A stretch of 64,000 nucleotides of DNA from an uncultured Holophaga sp. (GTDB lineage Bacteria; Acidobacteriota; Holophagae; Holophagales; Holophagaceae). This document shows, piece after piece, positions 9,823 to 19,080 of this stretch (position 1 is the first letter of the stretch; each line of letters opens with the position of its first letter). The notes under the pieces are model-generated. The model did no database searches, was not told the origin of the DNA, and saw nothing but the letters and a program-made list of their open reading frames with translations. The stretch spans positions 3,168,001-3,232,000 of the forward strand of contig OY761614.1 of NCBI GenBank assembly GCA_963664825.1, read 5' to 3'. Made by a program: the position numbers and the translations under genes.

Positions 9823-9850
9823 TTATGTTTCAGCAAGGAATGACCGATAA
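9823..9850 (+). promoter_or_regulatory. Putative sigma28 (FliA) promoter
   Basis: TTATGTTT-12nt-ACCGATAA versus consensus TAAAGTTT-N11-GCCGATAA, about 60 nt upstream of an MCP gene. Confidence 0.45.
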
Positions 9851-9908
9851 ACAAGCAGTGCGCTTCTATACTCAATTGTGAGGGAAGCTTAGAGCATGGA
9901 GCGTCAAG

Positions 9909-11501
9909 ATGGCGAGATGGTTTCGAAATCTTCCTGTCAGGATTCGTGTGGCCCTTTGTTTTGCCTGCGTCCTGCTCTTGTTGGCTATGTCCGTTATCAT
10001 TGGTCTAGCCGCCCAGAAGCACTCCTTCCGACAGTCTGAGGGAATTTTCCGAGAAAACCTCACGCCCTTAGCTCAATTGGGGGATATCAGCACGGCGCGG
10101 TTGCGGATGCAATACCGGATGGCTTTGCAAGCCATCTCCAAGACGCCTGCAGATATCGCAAAGTACGAATCGTTTTGCCGTGAACATGATGGCGAGGTGC
10201 TTGCGGCCCTGGCAGCCTTTGAAACGAGCGTCAACACCGACGAAGAACGTGCCTGTGTCATCAAGTTCAAACAAGCCTATATGAAAATTGTGGATGTTCG
10301 AGATCACGAAGCTTTCCCAGCTTCCCGTGCGGGACAAAAGGAACAGGCTTCTAACATCCTTGAATTTAAAATTGCGCCGCTTACGACCGAATTGAGCGGG
10401 TATGAGGATGGCCTGAAGAAATGGCAGCTTCAACAAGCCCGTGAGGCCATTCAGACCGTCGATCACTTGTATTCTCAGACATTTCTGTGGCTCTTGCTCC
10501 TTGGTCTGGCTGCGGTTGGTTTAAGCCTTGTGCTTGGCATCGCCCTGGAACGCAGCATCAATGAACCCCTTCAAGAGTTTGAGCATGTCTTTGAGGCCAT
10601 TGTGGCAGGTGACCTGACCGTGCGAAGCAGGCTGAATACTCGGGATGAGTTTGGTTCCATGGCTTCCAAACTTAATGTAATGAATGCGCATCTTCACAAG
10701 ACTCTTGGGGTCGTGCAGGAATCGGTTGCGCGCATCGCCAGCGGGGCACAGCAGCTTGCAGCATCCGCAGAACAGATGTCGGCCAGTACGAATGAAATTG
10801 CCCGAATGACGGAATCCCAAAAAATGGGCTCTGAGGGTATGGCAGCTGCCATTACCGAATTGTCAGCCAGCATTTCAGAGGTAGCCTCAAGCGCGCACGA
10901 GACCCAGAAAAAGTTGGCAGAAGCCGAACAGGCCGCTCAGAGTGGTGTGACTGCGGGGGGGGATACCAGTTTGGCCATGGTCGGTATCACCCAAACTGCC
11001 GGGGACATCTCCAAGGCCGTCACGGTGATCCAGGAAATCGCCCGTCAGACGAATCTCCTGAGTCTTAATGCGGCCATCGAAGCCGCCAAGGCTGGGAATA
11101 TGGGAAAAGGATTCGCTGTAGTTGCCGAAGAAGTTCGTAAATTGGCGGAGCGCTCCGGTGTATCCGCAAAAGAAATTGCTGTCCTGGTTCAAGAAGCGAA
11201 GACTGCCGTGAGTCGGGGGGAGGATACCGTCGGAGCTACCGTGGCATCCTTGAAATCGATTCGGGAAAGTCTGGACGTTTTTGAACGCTTGGCTGCTCAT
11301 ATTGCCCAGGCGACCGCTGAACAATCTCGAACCGGCGAGGAGGCTGCACAACGGGTCGAACAGGGGCTCGGGGAAGCGGTCCAGACAGCCTCGGCCACTC
11401 TTGAACTCTCCGCCACCACAGAGGAGGTGGCTAGCACCGCCCAAGAATTGGCTTCTGTGGCCGACAATCTGGCTCGGGAACTGGCGTCCTTTAAAGTCTG
11501 A
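9909..11501 (+). CDS. Methyl-accepting chemotaxis protein (four-helix sensor, HAMP, signalling domain)
   Basis: Two TM segments, HAMP (DEFGSMA), [38 protein letters not shown]; visibly lower GC than its neighbours. Confidence 0.95.
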   Translation: MARWFRNLPVRIRVALCFACVLLLLAMSVIIGLAAQKHSFRQSEGIFRENLTPLAQLGDISTARLRMQYRMALQAISKTPADIAKYESFCREHDGEVLAALAAFETSVNTDEERACVIKFKQAYMKIVDVRDHEAFPASRAGQKEQASNILEFKIAPLTTELSGYEDGLKKWQLQQAREAIQTVDHLYSQTFLWLLLLGLAAVGLSLVLGIALERSINEPLQEFEHVFEAIVAGDLTVRSRLNTRDEFGSMASKLNVMNAHLHKTLGVVQESVARIASGAQQLAASAEQMSASTNEIARMTESQKMGSEGMAAAITELSASISEVASSAHETQKKLAEAEQAAQSGVTAGGDTSLAMVGITQTAGDISKAVTVIQEIARQTNLLSLNAAIEAAKAGNMGKGFAVVAEEVRKLAERSGVSAKEIAVLVQEAKTAVSRGEDTVGATVASLKSIRESLDVFERLAAHIAQATAEQSRTGEEAAQRVEQGLGEAVQTASATLELSATTEEVASTAQELASVADNLARELASFKV

Positions 11502-11554
11502 CTACACCCGACGTGCTCGTTTGACAATGGCTACCGGGTTCCGTGAACGGCCCT

Positions 11555-12691
11555 TCAGACCGCTGTGTAGGTCTTGTAGAGGTTGTCCCGCTCCAGGGGC
11601 TGGAATCCGGCCTCGCCGATGAGGCGCTCCAGATGCCCCTTCGTGAGGCCCTGGGGCGTCTTGGCGCCGGCGAGATGGGCGATCTCTTCGGCGATGATGG
11701 TGCCATCCAGATCATCGGCCCCGTAGTTCAGGCCCACCTGGGCCAAGCCTTCCGTGATCATCACCCAGTAGGCCTTGATGTGCGGCACGTTGTCCAGGAG
11801 CAGGCGCGCCACGGCGATCTCCCGGAGATCCTGGACGCCGGTGGTCTCGAAAAGCGTGCGGCTGCGGCTCAGTTCGTTGTCCTCCACCTGGTACGCCAGG
11901 GGGATGTAGGCGAGGAAGCCATGCGTGCGGTCCTGGAGTGCCCTCAGGCGCAGCAGATGCTCTACGCGATGCCTGGATTCCTCGATGTGGCCATAGAGCA
12001 TGGTGGCGTTGGTGGGGATGCCCCGGCGATGACAGATCTCGGCCACCCGGAGCCAGACGTCGGCTTCCTTCTTCCCGACGCAGATCTGTTCCCGAATGCC
12101 CTCGTCAAATATCTCGGCCCCCCCTCCCGGGCAGCTCTCCAGCCCTGCGGCCACGCAGCGATCGAGGAAGGCTTCGACGCTGAGGCCCGAGACCCGGGCG
12201 TAGTAGTCCATCTCCACCATGGTGAAGACCTTGAGATGGATGTCGGGGAAGCGCGCCTTGACCTTGCGGAACAAGTCCTCGAAGTAATCGATCTTCAGCT
12301 TGGGGTTGTGACCGGAGGTCATGTGCAGCTCGCGAACGCCCAGGTTCTCGGGCTTCTCCAGCTCCCGGACGATATCCTCGGCGCTGAGCACGTAGGCCCT
12401 TGGGTCGCCGGGCTTGGCCTGGAAGGCGCAGAACTGGCAGTGGGTGTGGCAGATATTGGTGTAGGAAATGCGGCGGCTCACGACATAGTAGGTCTTGAGG
12501 CCATGCTTCTGGAGCCGCACATGATGGGCCATGGCGCCCAGGCCCGTGAGATCGGGCGTCTCGTAGAGTCGCAAACCGTCCTCGAAGGAGAGGCGTTCCC
12601 CCTTCAGGACCTTCTCGCAGATCGGCAGCAGCTGGGGATCGGTGATGTAGCGCCTCAGGGGCAGATTCAGGCCGGGCATGGGCTTCTCCAT
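11555..12691 (-). CDS. mqnE: Aminofutalosine synthase (radical SAM, futalosine menaquinone pathway)
   Basis: CHTHCQFCAF, PGGGAEIF, TNATMLYGHIE, ARLLLDNVPHIKAYW, GADDLDGT. Confidence 0.85.
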   Translation of the reverse strand: MEKPMPGLNLPLRRYITDPQLLPICEKVLKGERLSFEDGLRLYETPDLTGLGAMAHHVRLQKHGLKTYYVVSRRISYTNICHTHCQFCAFQAKPGDPRAYVLSAEDIVRELEKPENLGVRELHMTSGHNPKLKIDYFEDLFRKVKARFPDIHLKVFTMVEMDYYARVSGLSVEAFLDRCVAAGLESCPGGGAEIFDEGIREQICVGKKEADVWLRVAEICHRRGIPTNATMLYGHIEESRHRVEHLLRLRALQDRTHGFLAYIPLAYQVEDNELSRSRTLFETTGVQDLREIAVARLLLDNVPHIKAYWVMITEGLAQVGLNYGADDLDGTIIAEEIAHLAGAKTPQGLTKGHLERLIGEAGFQPLERDNLYKTYTAV

Positions 12692-12758
12692 GGACCAGTG
12701 TAGTGGATCCCAATCTCGCCGCCTCCTGCGTCGGCAGCTACCGGGAGCTGCACCTTGA

Positions 12759-13889
12759 TCACGCCATGGTCTTCTTGAAACGCCCGGCGGCGAGGATCAG
12801 CATGGCGCTGCCCAGGAGGGCCAGGGCCAGCATCTGGGGCCAGAGCACATGAAGGCCCAGGCCCTTCAGGAAGACGCCCCGGATGATCACCAGGTAGTAG
12901 CGCAAGGGGTTCAAGAAGGTCAGCCACTGCACGACCACGGGCATGTTGGCGATGGGGTATACGAAGCCCGAGAGCATGAAAGCCGGGAGCACGAAGAAGA
13001 AGGTCGTCATCATGGCCTGCTGCTGGGTGGCGCTCACGGTGGAGATGAAGAGGCCCACGCCCAGCGTGCTGAGCAGGTACAGGCCCGTGCCGAAAAAGAG
13101 CAGGAGGGGGTTGCCCAGGAGGGGCACCTGGAACCAGAAGACGGCGATGAGGGCGATGAGGGCCACGTCGATGAAGCCCAGAAGCCCGAAGGGGATGGTC
13201 TTGCCCAGGATGAATTCCAGGCGTCCGATGGGTGTGACCATGATCTGATCCATGGTGCCGATCTCCCGCTCGCGCACGATGGCCATGCTGGAGAGGATGA
13301 TGGAGATCACGGCCACGAGTATGGCCAGGACACCCGGCACGAAGAAATTGCGGCTATCGAGATTGGGGTTGAACCAGTTCCGGGACACCAGTTCCACAGG
13401 GGTCGCCTCCAGACGCAGGCCCGCCGTGCGGGAGAAGCGCTGCTCCATCACCGTCCGGTTGAAATCCGCCGTGATGCGGGAGGCGTAGCCCAGGACGACG
13501 CTGGCTGTGTTGGAGTCCGAACCGTCCAGCAGGAGCTGGAGGGATGCGCTGCGGCCTCCCTGCGGGTCCTCCGAGAACCCGCGGTTGAAGCGCAGCACGA
13601 CCTTGGCCTCGCCTGAATCCAACACCTCCCGGATCTCGGGTTCCGAGGTGATCCGGCGCGCCACATCGAAGCATCCGGAACCTTCGAAGCGCGCCACTAG
13701 GTCGCGGCTGGCGGGGGTGCGGTCCAGGTCGCAGACGGCCATGGGCACGTGGCGCACATCCGTGTTCACCGCATAGCCGATGACGAGCACCTGGACCACG
13801 GGGAGCAGGAAGACGACGGCCCGCATCCTCGGGTCCCGGAGGACCTGAATGAATTCTTTGACGAGCATGCGGTAGAGGCGTTCGAGCAT
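12759..13889 (-). CDS. ABC-2 transporter permease (YbhR-like)
   Basis: KEFIQVLRD, WFNPNL, VREREIGT, LSGFVYPI. Confidence 0.9.
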   Translation of the reverse strand: MLERLYRMLVKEFIQVLRDPRMRAVVFLLPVVQVLVIGYAVNTDVRHVPMAVCDLDRTPASRDLVARFEGSGCFDVARRITSEPEIREVLDSGEAKVVLRFNRGFSEDPQGGRSASLQLLLDGSDSNTASVVLGYASRITADFNRTVMEQRFSRTAGLRLEATPVELVSRNWFNPNLDSRNFFVPGVLAILVAVISIILSSMAIVREREIGTMDQIMVTPIGRLEFILGKTIPFGLLGFIDVALIALIAVFWFQVPLLGNPLLLFFGTGLYLLSTLGVGLFISTVSATQQQAMMTTFFFVLPAFMLSGFVYPIANMPVVVQWLTFLNPLRYYLVIIRGVFLKGLGLHVLWPQMLALALLGSAMLILAAGRFKKTMA

Positions 13890-13890
13890 A

Positions 13891-15030
13891 TCAAGCCAGC
13901 CGTTTCTTGAAACTGTGGATGGCGAGCAGGAGCATGAGGACGGCGAAGGCCACCATGAGCAGGCATTCGGGCCACAACTGGGCCAGCCCCGTGCCCTTGA
14001 GGTAGAGGCCCCGCAGGAAGGTCACGAAGTAGCGGGCGGGGACGAGGTAGGTCACCACCTGCATGCCCTTGGGCATATTCCCGATCTCGAACATGAAGCC
14101 CGAGAGCAGGAAGGCCGGCAGGAAGGTGGCCACGAAGGCCGCCTGGCTGGCCAGGAGCTGCCCCTTGGCCAGGGCGCTGATGAGGATCCCCAGCGCCAGC
14201 GCACCCACCAGGTAGATGGCCGAGACGCCGAAGAGGAGGAGAAGGCTGCCCCGGATGGGCACCTCGAAGAGGAAGCGTCCCGCCAGTACCGAGAGCGCCA
14301 TGTCCACCATGCCGATGGCGAAATAGGGTGCGAGCTTGCCGAGGATCAGTTCGCTTCGGCGGATGGGCGTGGAGATGAGCTGTTCCATGGTGCCGGTCTC
14401 CCACTCCCGGGCCACGGTCAGCGAGGTGAGCAGGGCGGCGATGAGCATCATGATCACGGCGATGAGGCCGGGCACGATGAAGATGCGCGATTCCATATCC
14501 CGGTTGAACCAGGCCCGGGGGCGCAGCTCCAGGGGCGGCACGGGGACTCGGCCCGTCATGCGGGTGGCTTTTTCCACCAGGATCTCCTGGGAGTAGGTGC
14601 GCACGATGGATTCGGCGTAGGAGAGGGCCAGGGTGGTCGTATTGGCGTCGGTGCCATCATTGAGCATCTGCACCTGGGCCTTGCGCTCCGAGGCCACCCG
14701 GCCTCCGAAATCGGTGGGGATCACCAGGGCCATCATGGCCCGGCCCTCTTCGATGGAGCTCTCCACCTCCCGGTAGCTCCGGGGCCTGGATACGACGGAG
14801 AAGTAGCGCGATCCCTCGAAACGCCCCACCAGCTCTCGGCTCTGGGGCGTGCGGCTCTGATCCCAGATGGCCAGGGGCACCCGGTCCAGATCCAGGGTGA
14901 GGGCATATCCGAAGATCATCAGCATGATCATGGGCAGCAGGATGGCGATGCCCAGGGCTCGCGGGTCCCGCAGGACGTGGATGAACTCCTTCCGGGCCAC
15001 GGCCCCCAGGCGGCGCGCATGGATCTTCAC
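13891..15030 (-). CDS. ABC-2 transporter permease (YbhS-like)
   Basis: KEFIHVLRD, AREWETGTMEQL, LLSGFMFEI. Confidence 0.9.
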   Translation of the reverse strand: MKIHARRLGAVARKEFIHVLRDPRALGIAILLPMIMLMIFGYALTLDLDRVPLAIWDQSRTPQSRELVGRFEGSRYFSVVSRPRSYREVESSIEEGRAMMALVIPTDFGGRVASERKAQVQMLNDGTDANTTTLALSYAESIVRTYSQEILVEKATRMTGRVPVPPLELRPRAWFNRDMESRIFIVPGLIAVIMMLIAALLTSLTVAREWETGTMEQLISTPIRRSELILGKLAPYFAIGMVDMALSVLAGRFLFEVPIRGSLLLLFGVSAIYLVGALALGILISALAKGQLLASQAAFVATFLPAFLLSGFMFEIGNMPKGMQVVTYLVPARYFVTFLRGLYLKGTGLAQLWPECLLMVAFAVLMLLLAIHSFKKRLA

Positions 15031-15989
15031 GATGCGAACTCCTTCTGGGCGCCATCGGCCCGGTCCCGGGCCTCGATGAGGGAGACGAAGACATCCTCCA
15101 GGGAGGGTGTGATGCGTTCGACGCTGCCGACACGGAAGCCGGAGGTCTCCAACGCTTCTTTCAGCAGGGGGGCGAGGGCCTCCGCATCCTCGGTCATGAG
15201 GTGGAGATCGCGCCCGAAGAGGGCCGCGTCCCGGACACCCTCCACACTGGAAGCCACGGCCAGGGCTTCGTGGGCGCGGTCGCAGGCCACACAGAGCACC
15301 TGGTCGGCCATGAGATGTCCCTTCATCTCCGAAGGCGTTCCCAGGGCCACCAGTCCGCCCCGGTAGATGAGGCCCAGCCGGTCGCAGTACTCGGCCTCTT
15401 CCATGTAATGGGTCGTCACGAAGACCGTCACGCCGCGACCTGCCATGTCGTAGATGAGATCCCAGAACGTGCGGCGGCTCAAGGGGTCCACACCCGAGGT
15501 GGGCTCATCCAGGAAGAGGATCCTCGGTTCGTGGAGCAGGGCGCAGCCCAGCGAAAGCCGCTGTTTCCAGCCTCCCGGAAGCAGGCCCGTCCGGGACTTG
15601 CGATGCTCCTGGAGGCCGGCCATCTCCAGCACCCAGGCCTTCCGTTCGGCCTTCTTGCCACCGGGAATGCCGTAGATGCCGCTGTAGAAATCGATGTTCT
15701 CCGCAACCGTGAGATCGTCGTAGAGGCTGAACTTCTGGCTCATGTAGCCGATGACCCGCTTGATCTCTTCACGCTGGGTGAGGATGTCGTAGCCCGCCAC
15801 CGTGCCGCTTCCGCCGGAGGGCTCCAGCAGGCCGCAGAGCATGCGGATGGTGGTGGACTTGCCCGCGCCGTTGGGTCCCAGGAATCCGAAGATCTCACCC
15901 TGGCGCACATCCAGGCTGATGCCATGGACGGCGATGAAGTCTCCGAAGCGCCGCTCCAGGTCCCGCAGTGTGACGGCCAGTTCGCTCAA
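15027..15989 (-). CDS. ABC transporter ATP-binding protein
   Basis: Walker A GPNGAGKS, LPGGWKQR, ILFLDEPTSGVD. Confidence 0.92.
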   Translation of the reverse strand: MSELAVTLRDLERRFGDFIAVHGISLDVRQGEIFGFLGPNGAGKSTTIRMLCGLLEPSGGSGTVAGYDILTQREEIKRVIGYMSQKFSLYDDLTVAENIDFYSGIYGIPGGKKAERKAWVLEMAGLQEHRKSRTGLLPGGWKQRLSLGCALLHEPRILFLDEPTSGVDPLSRRTFWDLIYDMAGRGVTVFVTTHYMEEAEYCDRLGLIYRGGLVALGTPSEMKGHLMADQVLCVACDRAHEALAVASSVEGVRDAALFGRDLHLMTEDAEALAPLLKEALETSGFRVGSVERITPSLEDVFVSLIEARDRADGAQKEFAS

Positions 15990-16906
15990 TGGCTACCTCC
16001 GGGAAGGGCCGAAGTGAACACATCCTCCAGGGTGGGCTCGATCACGCGCAGTTCCTGGCAGGGGATGCCCTCCTTGCGTAGGACCGCTTCGATGGCCGTG
16101 CGCTCGCGCTCCGCATCCTCCGTCAGCACGTGGAGGCGATCGCCGAAGAGGGTGACAGCGCCTGGGAGAACGGCCCGCAGCATGGGCAGGGCCTTCCGGG
16201 GGGCCTCGCAGCGCACCTCCAGGAGCGTGCCCTTCAGCAGGGCCTTCACGCCCTCCACGGTGTCGCAGGCCAGGAGGCGGCCCTGGTGGAGGAGGCCGAT
16301 GCGGTTGCAGCGCTCCGCCTCGTCCAGATAGGCGGTGGAGACGAAGATGGTCACCCGTTCCTGCTGGAGCTGGTAGAGGATCCGCCAGAAGTCCCGGCGG
16401 GACACGGGGTCGACGCCATTGGTGGGCTCATCCAGAAAGAGCACCCGGGGGGTGTGGATGAGGGCACAGGCCAGGCCCAGTTTCTGTTTCATGCCTCCCG
16501 AGAGATTGCCCGCCCGGCGGCGCTTGAAGGGCGTGAGATTGCTGAAGGCCAGGAGGCGCTCTGTGCGCTGATCCCGTCCCTTCCGGGGGACTTCGTAGAG
16601 CTCGGCATAGAAGTCGATATTTTCGAGCACCGTGAGATCCGGGTAGAGCCCGAAGCGCTGGGCCATGTAGCCGATGCGGTCTTTGATGGGCTCGGCATCC
16701 CGCACGGCGTGGAGCCCATCCACCCAGGCCTCGCCGGAGCTGGGCTCCAGGATGCCCGTCAGCAGGCGCATGGTGGTGGTCTTGCCGGCGCCATCGGGCC
16801 CCACCAGGCCGAAGATCTCCCCTTCTTCCACCGACAGGGTCAATTGATCCAGGGCTGTGGCCTCTCCGAAATGGCGGGTCAGCGCCTGGGTCCGGATGGT
16901 CTCCAT
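15986..16906 (-). CDS. ABC transporter ATP-binding protein
   Basis: GPDGAGKT, LSGGMKQK, VLFLDEPTNGVD; ATG 16906 overlaps the upstream gene's stop. Confidence 0.92.
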   Translation of the reverse strand: METIRTQALTRHFGEATALDQLTLSVEEGEIFGLVGPDGAGKTTTMRLLTGILEPSSGEAWVDGLHAVRDAEPIKDRIGYMAQRFGLYPDLTVLENIDFYAELYEVPRKGRDQRTERLLAFSNLTPFKRRRAGNLSGGMKQKLGLACALIHTPRVLFLDEPTNGVDPVSRRDFWRILYQLQQERVTIFVSTAYLDEAERCNRIGLLHQGRLLACDTVEGVKALLKGTLLEVRCEAPRKALPMLRAVLPGAVTLFGDRLHVLTEDAERERTAIEAVLRKEGIPCQELRVIEPTLEDVFTSALPGGSH

Positions 16907-17871
16907 CACCGGCCTTCCAGGGGGATCTCGGCATCCACGGGCATGCCGGGCTTGAGCTCCATGGCGGGATTGGGCACATCGATTTTGATGCGGTAGACGA
17001 GTTTGGAGCGTTCCTTGCGCGTCTGGACGCTCTTGGGTGTGAATTCGGCCTCGGAGGCCAGGAAGGAGACACGGCCCTCGTAGCGCTTGCCCGGGTAGGT
17101 ATCGGTGCTGAGATAGGCCTTCTGGCCCACTTTCACACGGCCCAGGTCGGATTCCTCCACATAGGCTCTCAGCCACACCTGGCCGAGGTTGGCCAGGGTC
17201 ACCACCGATGTCCCCGGGGCCACGTATTCCATGGGCTCGATGTTCTTGGAGAGGATCACGCCGGAGGTGGGAGCCGTGAGCGTGGCGTAGCCCAACTGGG
17301 TCTGAGCCAGGCCTAGCGCCTGTTGGGCCTGCTCGAAGCGGGCCCGGGCCTGATCGATATCCTCTTTCCGGGGCCCCTTCCGCACGAGGGCGTACTGCTG
17401 GTCGGTCTGGCGCACCTTGGCCCGGGCGGCCTCCAGGGCGGCGCGACTGGCCTCGAAGTCCCGCTTGGAGACGATGCCCTTCTGGTGGAGGTCGCGAATG
17501 CGGGCCTCGTCGGGCTCCAGGCGCCGGAGATCGGCGTTGGCCTGCTCCAGGGTGGCCTTGGAGGCTTCGATCTCCTCCCGGCGCGAGCCCGCCAGCAGGG
17601 CGGCCAGGGCGGCCTTGGCCGTGGCGGCATCCGCCTGGCGCATGGCGACCTGCTGTTCCAGATCCCTGGCATCCAGGCGCGCCAGGAGCTGGCCTGCGCG
17701 AACCACCTGGCCCTCGTCCACCGGGCGCTCCAGGACCCTGCCGGCCACCCGGAAGCTGGCCTCCACCTGGATCACTTCGATGTTGCCCGAGAGCTTGAGG
17801 GGCTCCTCCCGGTGGTTCCGGCAGGAGACGACCAGCAGGGCGGGAAGGATGAGTCTGAGCGTTCGTTTCAT
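16906..17871 (-). CDS. HlyD-family membrane fusion protein (YbhG-like), lipoprotein
   Basis: Lipobox LVVSC, coiled-coil hairpin, AEFTPKSVQT. Confidence 0.9.
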   Translation of the reverse strand: MKRTLRLILPALLVVSCRNHREEPLKLSGNIEVIQVEASFRVAGRVLERPVDEGQVVRAGQLLARLDARDLEQQVAMRQADAATAKAALAALLAGSRREEIEASKATLEQANADLRRLEPDEARIRDLHQKGIVSKRDFEASRAALEAARAKVRQTDQQYALVRKGPRKEDIDQARARFEQAQQALGLAQTQLGYATLTAPTSGVILSKNIEPMEYVAPGTSVVTLANLGQVWLRAYVEESDLGRVKVGQKAYLSTDTYPGKRYEGRVSFLASEAEFTPKSVQTRKERSKLVYRIKIDVPNPAMELKPGMPVDAEIPLEGR

Positions 17872-18572
17872 GGATGGATCTCCTCGGTCTCAGGCAGGAA
17901 GGGCAGGGGGGTTTCGGGGTGGGTGGCGATGCCGCGCCAGAAGAGGCGGAACCAGGCCCGCTCGGCCATGGGCACGGCGCGCTCCGCCGAGATGCCCGCG
18001 ACGTGCGGTCCCAGGACGGGGATCAGGTCCAGGATCTCCAGCTCCATGCGGGCCAGGAAGAAGGTCGAGAAGAGCGGCAGCGTGTCCTTCCGGATCTCGC
18101 CCCGCTCGATGCCCAGGTCGATCAGGCGCCCGATGGATCCCAGGGCGGGGAAGATGCGTTGGGCGATGCTCTCCTGGATGCCTTCGGCACCCCGGATGAT
18201 CTCTCCCCGCACCACATCGCGCAGTCCGGCGCTGCCTGCCAGGTGAGTATGGTAGATGCGGATGACCGTCCAGAGCCGCTCGGCGACGCTGCGGGGATCC
18301 TGGGGATCGCCCAAAAGGGAAAGTTCGGCCACCACCGGACCGAGGGTGCGATCCAGGAGGGCTTCGAACATGCCCTCCTTCCCATGGAAGTGGTAGTAGA
18401 GCAGGGAGGGGTCGCAGTCCGCCTCCCGGGCGATGGCGCGGATGCTGGCACCCTGGATGCCTTCCCGGGCGAAGACGGCCTGGGCGGCGTCCAGGAGGTG
18501 CGCCTGGGGGACCTTGGTGGCCTTGGGACCCCGGGAGCGGACGGGAGGAGGATGGGGCAAGGGGGACTCCAT
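17868..18572 (-). CDS. TetR-family transcriptional regulator
   Basis: HTH LLDAAQAVFAREG..ASIRAIAREADCDPSLLYYHFHGKE; ATG at 18572. Confidence 0.9.
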   Translation of the reverse strand: MESPLPHPPPVRSRGPKATKVPQAHLLDAAQAVFAREGIQGASIRAIAREADCDPSLLYYHFHGKEGMFEALLDRTLGPVVAELSLLGDPQDPRSVAERLWTVIRIYHTHLAGSAGLRDVVRGEIIRGAEGIQESIAQRIFPALGSIGRLIDLGIERGEIRKDTLPLFSTFFLARMELEILDLIPVLGPHVAGISAERAVPMAERAWFRLFWRGIATHPETPLPFLPETEEIHP

Positions 18573-18647
18573 TTCAACGACTGTTGAATATTGGGGTCGG
18601 CCATGGATCTTGGCAAGGGGATATTTCATCGAACGTTGAAATATCCC
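18571..18647. promoter_or_regulatory. Two related palindromic TetR-type operators flanking a putative promoter
   Basis: TTCAAC-GACT-GTTGAA (18573-18588) and GGGATATTTCA-TCGAACGT-TGAAATATCCC (18618-18647); shared core ATTTCAWCGANNGTTGAA; minus-strand TTGCCA at 18616-18611. Confidence 0.7.
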
Positions 18648-18656
18648 TGGGTACGC

Positions 18657-18680
18657 GAAAAGAGCCCCGAAGGGCTCTTC
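18657..18680 (-). terminator. Intrinsic terminator after rpoZ
   Basis: Minus strand AAGAGCCC-TTCG-GGGCTCTT-TT hairpin with a short U run. Confidence 0.7.
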
Positions 18681-18698
18681 CGAAAGGTGCGCTATGGG

Positions 18699-18983
18699 CT
18701 ATTCCACCGAGATGGGAACCTCTGTTGTGTAGTCGAAGATGGTGATCTCGGGGGTCTCGAAGGCGATGCGGCTCTCCTCGACTTCCGTGATGGCGAACTG
18801 GGACCAGAAGGAGGCCAGCTTGGGGGCATCCTGGGCCTGGCCCAGCTTGTTCATGGGCACGATCACCTCGACCTTGGGGTAGGCACCGCGCTGGAGCTGC
18901 TCGCAGCGCTTACCGGCCACCATGACGAAGCGGTACTTGTTGCCGATTTCTTCAGGAATGCGAATGACGGGTCGTTGGCTCAT
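18699..18983 (-). CDS. rpoZ: RNA polymerase omega subunit
   Basis: IGNKYRFVMVAGKRCEQLQRGA matches the omega N-terminal motif. Confidence 0.8.
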   Translation of the reverse strand: MSQRPVIRIPEEIGNKYRFVMVAGKRCEQLQRGAYPKVEVIVPMNKLGQAQDAPKLASFWSQFAITEVEESRIAFETPEITIFDYTTEVPISVE

Positions 18984-19080
18984 GGACGGTCCTCAGGGCC
19001 GCTCAGTCTATCACGGGACCCCGTGTAAATAAACGGGAAAGCCTGAAGACGGGGTACCATGGCGGGATCTGGGAGCTCTT

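Noticed and set aside
11529..11540. GGCTACCGGGTT also occurs at 50051-50062 next to the IS target
   Set aside because: A single 12-nt match with no IS end or duplication at this site; likely chance.
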